A stretch of DNA of 64,000 nt from Felis catus (Eukaryota): contig NC_058368.1 in NCBI RefSeq assembly GCF_018350175.1, positions 42,162,001 through 42,226,000 of the forward strand. The letters run 5' to 3'. Every line of letters begins with the position of its first letter. The first letter of the stretch is position 1. Below are positions 50,951 through 64,000 of the stretch, one piece after another. Under the pieces are notes generated by a model. The model was not told the DNA's origin, ran no database searches, and saw nothing but the letters and a program-made list of their open reading frames with translations. The position numbers and the translations under genes are program-made.

Positions 50951-52973
50951 AAATCTAAAGTTTATATTAAAAAATAACTCATTTACATTCAACCCTAAGG
51001 CTACAACATATAAAAATTATATAAAAGAAAAGGAAATTGTTCCAACTTTTTATTACTTTGGTTTTGAGTTTGTTGAGAGGAAAACAAAACAGCATGAACT
51101 GGCCAAGCAGGGTTATAAATATTACACAACCGTCATTGAAACCTTAATGTAAATAAAGCCAGAGCAAATCCTTGGAGCGAGAGACAAAATATGCAGTATG
51201 TGCTTTGCTTCTCAGTGACTAGCAGTGAAGGACCACGGATATGAAGGGAAACAAATACTGTCTGGTTAAACTAGTGATTTCATGATGGCTCAAATTCCAC
51301 TTGATTTTTTAAAAGGCTAACGGCTACTTACCTGAGGCAATTTGGCTGGTTTGTCAGTGGTCATTAACACATATTCACTATTGACTTCTCCAAAAACGAG
51401 CAGGTCACATTAAATATATTTCCATAAATAAACATCATCTCCAGGCTCTTAAAGCTAAGTCATAAATATATTCTAATTAAATATAATATGAATGGAAGAT
51501 AAAATATTAATATATGTATACTCATAAATATATAACATATAATCAAAGGTATTATTTATAATTATATTATGAAAAAGGTTCAAGAGATTAAGTTCTGAGT
51601 TATAAGACATGGGTATTTAAATCAAGGTCCTATACCCTAGTGGTAGCTGTCAACACAGTAAAATTAGTCGATCACTTCTCTGAAATTCAAAATGTCTAAA
51701 TTTTAGAAACTTTAATTGATCCACGGCCAATAAATGACTGAAGATATCTTAAATAAAGACTTGACAGGTTTTCACAATTACATAAATAACTTTGAAAAAA
51801 ACTTTTTTTTCTAGGAAAAAGAGAATGAGTTCAAGATGATTAGCACATATATATATTAAAGCTAGAGAATATTTTTTATTAACTTCAACTTTTCAAATTA
51901 TACCTTTCACAAACTTTGTGCCTGGGGCACAAACATCAAAGTAAAAACATTAATAGAAAACACATTAAATGGAAACAGCTGCAGCTATTACAAAAGTGAG
52001 GTCCCTTGGGTAGGTTAAAGCAAAGATATGAATTTATAGCATGGTTTGTTACAAACAGAAACTAGATGGAAGAGGAATATGAGTTAAGTAGAGTCAGGCT
52101 CTCGATAGACAGGTGCACGCTGCAGATGAGGAGTTCTTTCGGTGCAGTGGTATCTCTTTCTGTCACACAGATCTTTGGTGCATGCTAGGTTGTTGATCCA
52201 AAATGTGAATGATCATTTCTACTGATTGTTATGCAGCATTCTACATTAAAAAAACAAAACAAAAAAAAAAACAAAAAAACAAAAAAAACCTCCTTCGACC
52301 TCTTTTTGTTTCAAGCTAAAAGCCTTTTTAAAATTGACAGTATAAAGTATGAGGTGTGGCTTCTGGACACCAATCTTCCGAGAGATTAAGCTGCACTAAG
52401 CAGGCGATGTTTTCCTCGCCTTTTACGTTCTAAGTTGTTACAAGAGAATTCCAAAATGATAGCAGCTGTGACGAGCATACTAATTCTTGTGCACCACTTG
52501 TGTTTGTTAACTGGCAGGAAGAAATGATCTCTGAGACGGAGAGGTAGGGATAGGGATACGGAAATAAAACCTAGATGGCACACTGGTGTCATATCAAAGC
52601 TGAGGACATTTAAACAGCAGAAAAGCCTAATCTTCAGTTGACTTCCATTTGATTTTCACAAATAGGATTTCATCTGAAGCACCAAATTAAATCTGAGACT
52701 GAGAAATGGGCCTGTATATTAAGATGCATCCAAATTAATTGTCGTGATGAGTGGCTGGTTTTCAGCCTCAGATTTGTATGTCACTATTAGTATACTGGGG
52801 TTACAGTCCGGGGGTTGGGGGAATTTAAACATAGATTTTACCCTCTTAAGCACACGGCTCTCATCTTCTGGGACAACATTGCTAACAGATCTCTATCAGT
52901 TGAGCGATATAATGAAAACATCAGTGGAAAAAAACAAAAGCTTAAAAAGACTACATAATTCCTTGTATGTCAT

Positions 52974-52976
<3 letters not shown>

Positions 52977-53024
<48 letters not shown>
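52977..53024. repeat. (TA)24 microsatellite
   Basis: Direct reading. Confidence 0.97.
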
Positions 53025-53031
<7 letters not shown>

Positions 53032-54509
53032 GGGGAAATATTTCAAATACATTTATTTTCTCTTCACACAGTTGCTTAAATGTGTTACTGGATTCAAACC
53101 AAACCACAGGAGACCCCTCAATTTTCACAGAGTTAAAGGATGACAGTAACTGATCAACGACCTCAAAAAAAAAATTCTGTTTGCTACAATAACGGTACAC
53201 AAAGGGTATAGGAGCAAAGCTGGCTGAGAAGAACACAATCTAACCCAAGACACAAATCATTCTTTAAAGATTATAAATAAAAATTGTTCATGTCTGATCA
53301 TATTCAAAAAGTAAAACATATAATAAACTTAGAGCATATACAATTTTATATACAATTTAGTGTATTTAAAGGTGACTAACAACTAAAACAGAATTAGAAT
53401 GATTGGATTCAATAGTATTTAAAACATCTTGCAACAATCTAAACTCACTATAATACCATATGTTTTCCCCTAAGCTTTACCTTAAATGATAAGTTCTAAT
53501 TACTAATGTTTCATAGACATTTATGCAAAATCAAATCTATAGAAATAGTTTTCACATATACTGATATATGTTTATATTTAGTATGTGCCATACATGAATG
53601 AGTATATATAGATACGAGTAATGGTTATTCATTTCTCAGTCTCAATATAGGATGATCTCATTTGGTTAAATTTAGGTTATAATACCTAAATCCTTTTCCC
53701 AAATGTTTAATCAAATAAAATTAAAAATGTATTTTTTTCTCATCATTGTTATCTTATAAAACAGCTGTTATTATCAACTCAGAGATGTTAAACATTAGCT
53801 CAAATCAGATGACTACCCAATGTTTCTCTGGTCCTGGCCCCTTTCCCAAGGTCTTTAAGCTACTGGATGATATATCAGCACTACACTAATCATGCATAGC
53901 ACTGAGTTTATTTCTAAGGCCATCAGTATCCTTCCTCTTGTCCTTAAGCTAGTTGATGGAACCAATAAGCTCTAAGTCCCTCTGCTCAAGATCTGAATGC
54001 CCTGCCTCTTCACACCATAAAAGAATCAGTTATCAAGTCTTTTTGCATCTCAAAGTGTTTCTTTCTTTTCATTCACAGTGCCCTTATTCTAAATCAAACA
54101 CTTCACCAAGCAGTGTCCCAGCTTATCGATCTTTCCTTTCCCAACAATCCTACACCTTAATACTTGGTAAACTACCCCAAAGAGAGCTGTGATGCTCCTT
54201 ACTGATTCCTCACAGTAACAGAGAATGCGCCCATCTTGTTTCTTTCTTTCTTCTTTCTAACAAAACTAAAGTGAAACTCCTCCCTGGAGCCCAGGTCTTA
54301 TCTTGACCATACTAATCCTGTTGACTTTTCTCCTTCCTTTACTCATATTTCTAGAAGTATAACTTCTGCTTGTGGGCATCATTGGAAATGCCAACTCCCC
54401 CATAACATCCTGGCTGATCCTCTCTCCATCTCAAGGCCACGGGAATCATACTCTCATCTTCCTCTCACATTATTTTCCTTCTTGTGGCCAGCATCAAATT
54501 CTGTTTTTT

Positions 54510-54611
54510 GTTGTCTTGTCTTGTCTTTTCTTGTCTTTTCTTTTCTTTTCTTTTCTTTTCTTTTCTTTTCTTTTCTTTTCTTTTCTTTTCTTTTCTTTTC
54601 TTTTCTTTTCC
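54510..54611. repeat. (TTGTC)n/(TTTTC)n pentanucleotide repeat
   Basis: Direct reading. Confidence 0.97.
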
Positions 54612-55015
54612 TTCTTTACCTACTGTGTACCTGTCCTTCCTATTAGGGAAATATGACCACATTGAAGGTAGGCACTGTTTCTTATCTTTGTATTCCTCAA
54701 ACAGCCGGGAACATTATTTTAACTGGGGCACATGTTTGATGATTTTTAATAGATGAATGAATAAATGATTTTAACATTCCTCCCTATTTCTACATATAGT
54801 TTTTAGTTTAAGTTAGCAATTTCATATAGAAAAGAGGTCACAATTGTGTAAGGGAACTAGTATCTGATAATGTTTGCAGAGTAGGCCTTTTACAGAGAAC
54901 CATTTTTGTAAACTTGAAATTTGAACAAATTCTTCCTTGGTTGTGTATGAAAATAGACTAGGTGATTAGTAACAGAAATGACCTAACCATGATTAGTTTC
55001 ACCTTGTATTGTTTA

Positions 55016-55245
55016 TTTTTTTTAAATTTTTAATGTTTATTTATTTGTGAGAGAGACATAGAGAGAGAAAGACTGAGTATGAGTGGGGGAGGGGGCAGAG
55101 AGAGAGGGAGACACAGAATCTGAAGCAGGTTCCAGGCTCTGAACTGTCAGCACAGAGCCTGACTTGGGGCTCAAAGTCACAAACTGCAAGATCATGATGT
55201 GAGCCTAAGTCAGACGTTTAGCCCACTGAGTCACCCAGGTGTCTC
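55016..55245 (-). mobile_element. Can-SINE
   Basis: TSD caccttgtattgttta (55000-55015) / caccttgtcctgttta (55246-55261). Confidence 0.95.
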
Positions 55246-57849
55246 CACCTTGTCCTGTTTAAATAGCTGAAAATTAGCTAACATACTAAGTTCAGTAAAA
55301 CCACTACCAAAATATATTTTTCTATGGAAGAAAAGAATACCTATTCTACCTTGTGGTAAAGTGAAAAAAAACTCAGCTTTTGCAAATCCATTCCTTTGCA
55401 TTAATATGGAATTCTTTATTTCCACGTAGTCTTTATGTTCTGGTATCCCCTTAACACACATTTGCCAATTCACTATCCTGAATATAATTTCTATATGCCT
55501 AATAATCTAAATGTTTATGCACTTTTGGATGCATATATAAAACCATACCCAAAATTATAATTTACGGGTATTTCTAAATTTTGTAAAAGCCCAGAAGAAC
55601 ACTAGAATCATTGCAAACTCTAGGTGTTTGCTTTATAGGTCATTCAAAAAGTCAGTATATTGTGCTGCTTGTATAATTAGCTATTGAACACCAACCAACT
55701 GCTGTTAAGATGACAAATTCATAGCACGTTGGGGAATCTAAGAGTTAAGCTTCCTGGTGGTCTTTCAGTTAGAACACTCTTCGGAAAGAATAGAACAAAG
55801 AGTCAAAATGCATAAGTCTTAAGGTAAATGCCACTAATATTTAAACATACCTGTAAGTGAAGCTTCCCACTGTTCCATTTAACACTTTAGCAAAAGACTA
55901 ATGAACTGAGGAGTACTTGGTGCTTTGCTTAATCTGGATGCTATGTTTAATAGAATGTTTAATAGAATGACCTCTTTCAAGTTATAGGAGCAACCCTCTT
56001 CAAGTCGAGATCAGAAAATATCTGTTTAGCAAGCTTACTTTTAAACTTCAAAACAATAACTTAAATAATCAGGTGCTGAACAGCGCTCCACATTTCTTAC
56101 AGGAGTGTTTTGACCTGCGCCGTGTTAATTGGGCTTTGGTTCTGTCTTGAAACTGAAGTCCAAGTGCTAAGCATGGTATGTCCTGAGGACTGACTACCAA
56201 GTGTATTTAGGACACAGTTGCTAAAGACAATCGCCAGCTAGGCCCAGTTCCAATGGGAAACGATTTCCTCTGGCAGCTTTTGAAGTTTGTTTTTATAGGA
56301 AATTGCCTCTTGGAGCATATAAAGCTAATTCATGGCAGTTCCCAGAGCTCCTGCATACCCGTCTGGAGGTCCCCTGTGGACTGAGACGTCTTGTTGACAT
56401 AATCGGGCTCGGCTCTTGGCAAAGCTCCAGGTGTTTGCGTGGAGCCAGTCAGATTAGGTTGAAAGCCTCTAAATCTTCCCAAGCGTCCCCAGGAAGGGAA
56501 TATAAAATGGTGATGGTGATGTGGCAAGACCCAGGGAACACAGCAAAGTCGTGACATTTGTATTTGGGTCTGTCATTGTGATTCAATAACACAGACTTTG
56601 CTAGTGGATTCAGCAGAGGTCATGATACAAAAGTGATGGATGATCTGCAGTTCCATTCTTCCCACCGAATCTGCGTGAGATGCTGAGTTAACGTTACTCT
56701 GAGGGTTTGTTATCATGCTACAAAACTTGTTTTCCTCCTAACCATCACAGCAGATATTTTTTGCATTAGAACCCTAGCCTATGTACATTTAAATAATGAT
56801 TTTAAAATCAGTGGGCACTATTTCTTTTATACAGAAATATTAGGTAACAAGCTTATATTTTAAATTTGAAAGGGATTATCCTCCCCCCAGTTCATATACT
56901 TATTAACAGATTTTTAAGGACAAAAAAGCAATTTACTCAAATTATAAAAAGCAAGGAGGACAAAGCTTAAATATGACCTTAGACATCTAATTGGGGATAA
57001 AAGTGGAAAATCAAAAGCACTATGAATTTGAAAAATACAAGAACCAGCATTTCTTTTTCCAGGTGTAAGAAATACTGAGGTTTGAGCAAAAAAGTAATGT
57101 TAAGTGAGTTGAAACATCAGAAACAAAGAAAACAGCAGCTGGGTACAGAATAGATAGAAACAAAAGTGACAGTACATTTAGTCACCTGGAGAAACAGAGT
57201 TGAAAGAAACTGTATTTGTTTGAATTTGATATTGTCCACTGAAGGAACAGTGGGAACAGTAAGGAACCCTGAAGTTGAAAATGCAGAGCTGCTTCTCTTA
57301 TACCTTTGGCCCCTATTTTTGGCTCTACATTTCTTAGGAATAAAAGAGAATGAAAATCTGATGTGGGATCTTCTTATCAATAGCCTACTTAAATTTGACA
57401 ACTTTTTTATGTTATGCAAATTTTACAGATTGTCCTTTCTTTTATCTCACTCCTTTCACACTTAAATATCATTTTCATATGATTTTTTAAAAGATGTTCT
57501 TTTGTTTGGAAAGCCATCCTGGTACCTATCAAACTTCTTGACCTTCTTAGTGATTCCATTCACAGTCTCCTTTCTCTACTATGTCTTTACCTGAACCCCA
57601 CACACGAAAGGAACTCTATTTTCTGTGCACCTTCAGCACTTACTTCACTAAATGGTAATTCTTGCTTATATGTCTGTCTCATCCAAGAAAAGCTGAGCTT
57701 TTTGAGATTGGGAATACCGTCCTCTCCAACCCCCCATTTTTGCTTCATTGGCATATCTATTTTCTGGCCCTTTGTGGAGTAAACGTTTCTGAATGAATCC
57801 GTCAGTGGCTTTCCCTGTGTCTGACATTCCATTTTCTATGACTGATAGG

Positions 57850-58080
57850 TAAAAACCAGACTCCAGGTCAGATTGTCTTGGCTTGAATTTCGCATCCCTG
57901 ATGGACTAGGTGTGTGACCTTCAACAAGTCATTTTTCTGGGCCTCAATACTTCCCCTATAAAACAGTCTACTCATAACAGTTGGCCCGAGGGGTAAATGC
58001 ATTAATGTACAAAAACTGCTCACAAAAGACCGGCACATACTAAGTACCCAAGCAAGCACTAACGATTAGCATTCTCATTA
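57850..58080 (+). mobile_element. MIR
   Basis: 'ccagactccaggtcagattg...actaggtgtgtgaccttcaacaagtca...gggcctcaatacttcccctataaaa'. Confidence 0.7.
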
Positions 58081-60399
58081 ATGCATGGAGCCACCTGTAT
58101 CGAAACCGTGAGGATTTCCTTGGCATGTGTACCCATGGATGGAGTTGCTAGGCCACAAGAGATACCAAAATTATGAAGGTCAACTGCCTAGCTAATACTT
58201 TTGAAGTACTGTTTAGGGTACATGTTTTAATTTTTTATCTGCCTTAATTCCAAAATCTCTCAAAAGCAAATAGCCTTTTGAGTTTCCCTTTACTTTGTAT
58301 TTAACAAATGCTCACCCAGCAATTTCAGTATGTCAGGTCTTTTCCCAAATGTTTCATACATAGTAAGGTCACCTAATTCTCACGAACTAACATGCTGTTG
58401 TTAGTGGCTTCATTTTATAGAGGAGGAAAGTGACGGATAGAGAACTCAACTGATCTGAACAAAATGAGGCAAAAATAAGTGGCTCCAAAGACCATGCTTA
58501 GAAGAATCACTGCATTCCTCTGTCCCTCACCTAGCTGAACTCCTTTTGAACACCCTGCCATTTTTAAGCCTCTTCTGCCTCCCTTCCCTTTATTTTTTGT
58601 TCTGATTCTGTTCTGCTTCCTTTTTCCAAATCAACTAGTTGGTAAGGGAAGGAGGAAAACAAACTATGTAGTGGACAGAAACCTTTCTTCAATTTTTGCC
58701 CTGCTCCAAAGCCTACGAAAAATATGTCCCAAGTATTACATGTCTCAAATTTTTATGATTCAATGACTTTGTCTAGAAATAGCAACCTTCTAAGCCATCT
58801 TTGTGTAGCTATGAGGTTTGGCAATATTTTCATCAAATAAACTTTAAGAAAATAAAGGCAATCCCCAGGAAATAGATGAGAGTTATACCACAAGACTGCC
58901 AAACACACACCCATGGGAATTAACACCAAGAGCTTCTTCCTCTCCCATTTTAATCAGTGCCAGAAAGTGCATAGCAATTGGAAGATGGTGTGAATGAAAC
59001 TGAATACTTGATTTTCACTGAACATAAAAGAAAAAATTAAACATCAAAAATTAAAATTAAAGCATAAAAAATTAAAAATGAGATTAATCCACTGTGCCAA
59101 ATTTTCCAGTTTTGTACTCATTACCATTACTTCCAGGTTTCTAAATATATATTCATGTTACAGAACATATATTTCATTCCACATTATCTTTTCTCATCTT
59201 TCAGTCTTCTGTGAATCTCGACAACCTCACTAGAGTCCAACCAGAAAGCCGTTTACATTTTCTCCTTTAAAGATCTTCTCTAGGTACACTTCAGCCATTT
59301 GAGATATGTAGACTAGTAAAATAAACTCAGCAGTACCATGGACTTTTAAATTTTATGTTTATAAAAGTATTTTATTTAATTTAATCTTCAAAAATATTCA
59401 CATTTTTAAAAGAGCACATTTTTGATGTGTTGATGATTTGGAAAAAAGTAAATTCTGAATTTATTGTAAATAAAATAAATTATTACATGTTCACAGATAA
59501 CTTAAGAATAATGTAAAATTTAGCCAGGCTTTCAATAGAGAAACCTTGCTCTGATATTAATAGCTAAAATGTATTTGATAGATTTTACAACCTTTTGTTC
59601 TGCTTCATTAAAATTGAACCAATATTAACACAATTTTTCTTGCTAGCATGAAAAACTATAGTACATAAAAACCCATGTGAATGTTTGCATTTTAATATTA
59701 CAATTGAAATAAAATCTATGAGTTTATAGCCATGTCTTATTACAAACATAGCTAAATATAAGTGCCATGTTTCTACTCTTTTTTTCACTTAAAAGGAAAA
59801 CATGATATACTACAATTATTTAGAGCAGCTCATTTGTCTGTTCTGTTTATAATGTATGAGGCACTAATCTCTAGTAACAGACTTTTATTCAAAAGGGAGA
59901 AGTGATCACTTTAAAAATAACGTCAGCTATTTGAATAATTCAGAACAAAAAGAAAGGAACTGCAAATAAATTTTGAATTGGTGCAAGAAAACTAGCTCTT
60001 CTAATGATAATCCAATCTGTGCTTTCATAAACTGCAAAATATAATAATGAGATTTTAACCATTTTCCTTTCTAATACATTTTGTATAAACATAAGTTATT
60101 TCAAGGGAAGGGTGGTATTAAAATCATTTAAAATAATATATTATTAATTTATCAATATAGTTATGTTCAAAAATGGCCTCTTATAGAAGATTCTGAAACA
60201 TATGTAAAATATTGTGTAACTGGTTAGTATGCAATCATTACTTTTTAATGTATATCTAATCTGACTTTTCTCCAGATTCCTATCTCTAAATAATTATTTT
60301 GCACTGAATCTAGATATAGCAACAGAATTTTCAAGATATTAGGTGCCTAATTTCTTCACTTTATCTCCCAAATCTCTTTTTCTCCAATATCCATCCCTC

Positions 60400-60720
60400 C
60401 TCCCCAAACACACTCACCACCTTCTACCAATATTAAAACAGTGTCCATTCAGTCAGGCTACAGATATCTGGGCCATTTGCCACATTTTCTTTGCTTCACA
60501 CTTCATGGACTCTTATGCCAATTACACATCTGAAATGTCTACAATGTCATGGGTACTCCCCAGGTCTTCTGTTCAATTCTGGTATCTTATGTGGTTATTT
60601 AAGCAACCCTTTAACTCATCTTCCTGCCTTTACTTCTCTATCCTTAAACCCACTGGCTATAATATCATCAATCATTTTTTCAAAAATACCTCTCTGATAA
60701 TATCAGTTATTCATTCAGCT
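60400..60720 (+). mobile_element. L2 fragment
   Basis: 'ccattcagtcaggcta...ttgcttcacacttcatggactcttatgccaattacacatctgaaatgtct' is L2-like and heavily decayed. Confidence 0.4.
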
Positions 60721-63144
60721 TTCTGCCTCAGTTAGCTAATGAGCCCTTGCAGTCTCACTGGGGCTCAGAGGTCTGAGTTGGATTCTAAGATCCTTGATTG
60801 GTACCCTAGCACAATCCTAAGTACTTGTCAATTATTTTTCCCTCTCAGCCTAGTCCTCAAATTCTCAGAGATTGGCTGAGTTTCTGCTAAAAATTAAAAA
60901 GAATATTTGCGATATGAAGTTGTTATTCATTCTATTTCCTGATTTGCCACTACCCAAATATTTTACTTCCATATTTTTCCTTCTGGATCTAACTTCATTA
61001 GATACTTACTAGATTCATTACATATTTACCTAAAAAGTCTTAATTTAATGGACATTTTAATTGGATGTCCCATTCCACCTGTAGAGGATTTTCCATCCTA
61101 AGAAATAGCCAATTACCCTAGACTCTGTCCTGCTCAGTCCAGGTTCTGTCTCTTTCTATACTAGTTAAGCTACTCTGGACCTAATATATCCTCACAAAAG
61201 CCTATCAAACAATCTACAAGGCACCCAGCACTATTTTTTAATATATACTATATCCTATAATATGGAATCAATTACTCAAAGTCCTTTATATTATATTGGA
61301 AAGATAATATTTCTTTTTATGCAAAGGGTTCTTGAATCACTTGAATTACTCTTGAATTACAGATGTAATTATACTTGGAATTAATTGATTTGGAGATTCA
61401 TTTTGCATTTGCAAGTATTTTTTTAAGAAATATAGTTAGCTAATTCAAATATCTCGATTTATTCGTGAACAAGACATTTTCCTATAAGCTTAATTATTTT
61501 AATAGTGGTGACCAGACTTGACAAAAGTCTATAGAAAGCCCTGTTATATTTGTTAAATTGTCTACATTATTCTGTGAAGCCCTTATTCTAGATATAGAAT
61601 CATGTAATAAGACTAAAGAAGAATCACCACATAGCCAACAGATATTACGACTTGTTTGCAGCAACAAAGCACTTGCAAGGAGGAAAAATCACAGAATGTT
61701 GAGAGAATGGGACTGTGATATAAGAGTGGATCTGATTTCACTCTAGTAGGGCAGTTTTTCCATCTGCCACTTTGAGTGTTTCTGTTGTACATCTGTTGCA
61801 TGACAAACATAAAATGGTTGGGTTCACTATCAGTTACAGGCTGGAACAAGTACGATTTCAATTACAACAGGAGAGCAAAACAGCTGGGAAATCCCCAAGG
61901 GGAGGTGCAAGAACCAAGGGGGTGAAGCAGGCATCACAATGGTACATTGCACACTACTAATTAGAGAGAAATGAAGTCAAGTTAAAAGAAAATATACCCC
62001 TCGATGTTCTGTTAGGTGGAGACCATTTGGGTACTGAAAACAGCACCTCAGTGGCTTGTCTCAGTCTGAATTCTCATGTAATTGTTGCCTCATGAGCAGC
62101 TTAAAAGCAAACTCTAATATAAAAATATCTTACTTTTTTAAAAGGCAACTTATTTTTAAAAATTCAATGTGATTAAATGTAGGCATTTAGATTAGATCCA
62201 AATATGTTTAAAAGACAGGGTATCTATCTTTAAGGGTAGCAAAGTGAAAAAAATGAAGAAAATTATGATAATGAGTTTTACAATAGCCTGCAGGTCCCTA
62301 AATAAGCAATGCATAAATATAGGCACACATAAAAGTCTTCCCGACAAACATCTTAGTCTTAGGAAAAAATCAGGAGTCCTTCCACTATGTATACTGCATG
62401 AAAATTATGTGATTTGCCCCCTCTAAGCCTGTTTTTCTTATGTTTAATTAAATGAACTATAAGCAGTGCAAATTAAAACAGCATAATATGCTATTGAAAA
62501 TAAATTCAGTATTTTTTTTTCTAACATAGTTAGGATCTAGTAATACAGTTAAGAATTAGCCATAGGTTATAAAATGTTAGAGCTCTATAGAACAGCACAT
62601 TTTTTCTGTACTTTTCATAATTAACATATTTCATAACAATAGTGAAAGAAAACAATAAAACTAACTTTATAACTATGCCATATTTGAATTGCCCAATCTA
62701 TAACCCACCCAGTACACTTTCTTAGGAAATTCACATATATGGATTTAGGAAAATAACAATAATAACAATTATTATTATTTTAATAAATATTAATGGAGAC
62801 TCTCCAAGATCTACCCTGTAGCTCACACATCCCTGCTATCAACGTTGGAGGAGTGAACACGGATCTGAAGTTTTACCTGGAGTCCTCCTGAAGTAAATCT
62901 CTTTATTGTTTTATTTTTCTCACTAGAAATTTACATGGGAAGATATAAAATCATTATATTAATTCAGATAAAATATGATTAGGGGCTCATTTAGGACAGT
63001 GTGGGAAAAACATGACATTCTAAAGATAGGAATTAGGTATTAGAGAACAATTTAGGTGAAGGTTAGGAAATGGAGAGAGTAGGATAACTGGGATTCCTGG
63101 CTTAGGAAACTAAGAGTGGAGAACACTGTAGAAAAATAAGATGG

Positions 63145-63356
63145 GGGGCGCCTGGGTGGCGCAGTCGGTTAAGCGTCCGACTTCAGCCAGGTCACGATCT
63201 CGCGGTCCGTGAGTTCGAGCCCCGCGTCGGGCTCTGGGCCGATGGCTCAGAGCCTGGAGCCTGTTTCCGATTCTGTGTCTCCCTCTCTCTCTGCCCCTCC
63301 CCCGTTCATGCTCTGTCTCTCTCTGTCCCAAAAATAAATAAAAAAACGTTGAAAAA
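63145..63356 (+). mobile_element. Very young felid Can-SINE (SINEC_Fc-like)
   Basis: CpG-rich; perfect TSD aaaaataagatgg (63132-63144, 63357-63369). Confidence 0.97.
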
Positions 63357-64000
63357 AAAAATAAGATGGGAATACTGCCATGGATTTCTCCAGGCACACA
63401 ATGCCATACTTTACTAACATCAAATGTAGCTTCATTTAACTTCAGAGTTGAAAATTATCTTTTATATTAATTTGTTTCTATACAGAATTATACATAAGGT
63501 TTTTGAAAACCAGTAAATCCTCATAGAGTTACCATTATGTATGAAAGCAGTGTCAGCTATAAAATAATTCAGCAATGACCTGGGTCTTATTTTAAACATT
63601 ATCTTGGAAAAAGAAAATTTATTTCCTTTACTCCTTTTCTCAATGTATGCATAGCAAATTAATTCTAATGTGATTCAAATCCCAGTTCTTTAAAGCCACA
63701 TGCATTGAAGAGGGAAGAGCAATTCATGGTCTCTTCCCCTCTCCCTGCTCTTTTCTCCATTACTGCGTTCAGGCTTTGAATGAATGATGCCTTCAAAAGG
63801 AACAGTAAGCGTCTCACTGGAGCTTTGACCTACTGTAGCCCCCAAGACTATCTATACCTTATTTTCCTCAAATTATAGAAATAGGGAAACTTAATCTCTT
63901 TTCTAAACTGAGGATGGCATAAAGCTACTTCCAATCTGAGCATAAAACAACATAGGACCAGGTTTTTATGTACATGTTTTTGGTATTACCCATTTTGTTA

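Noticed and set aside
32022..55968. Small tandem duplications (aattcctaaagc x2 near 32022, taggtttgttttcttt x2 near 39516, atgtttaataga x2 near 55943) as an array or CRISPR-like system
   Set aside because: Isolated, unrelated two-copy slippage events with no repeat-spacer structure, in eukaryotic DNA.
5182..63435. Many ORFs with SLSLSL / ERERER / MAQSVK-type translations
   Set aside because: These are translations of Can-SINEs and microsatellites, not genes.
63708..63745. Hairpin gagggaagag...ctcttcccctc as a miRNA or terminator
   Set aside because: Short low-complexity purine/pyrimidine arms, too small for a pre-miRNA.

Overview
AT-rich mammalian genomic DNA from a carnivoran, most likely a cat or another felid, judged from about 21 tRNA-derived Can-SINEs that include two very young felid-type copies. 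I can support no protein-coding exon. The listed ORFs fall in SINEs, LINE-1, microsatellites or AT-rich sequence, so the window reads as a large intron or intergenic region. It contains decayed LINE-1s, among them a 2.3 kb carnivore L1 whose RT catalytic motif is deleted. It also has an internally deleted two-LTR ERV1-class provirus with an env TM remnant, solo LTRs (MER31-like and MLT1), DNA transposon fossils (MER33, MER5A, MER81, Tigger2a), MIR/L2 fragments and many microsatellites. The most unusual item is a 30-nt copy of the 5' portion of tRNA-His(GUG) at 16091-16120 (- strand), with no poly(A) tail, inserted into an old L1 between ~15-bp target-site duplications. Repeat family names come from my recollection of consensus sequences and need confirmation with RepeatMasker/Dfam. 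I found no evidence of a new multi-gene system.
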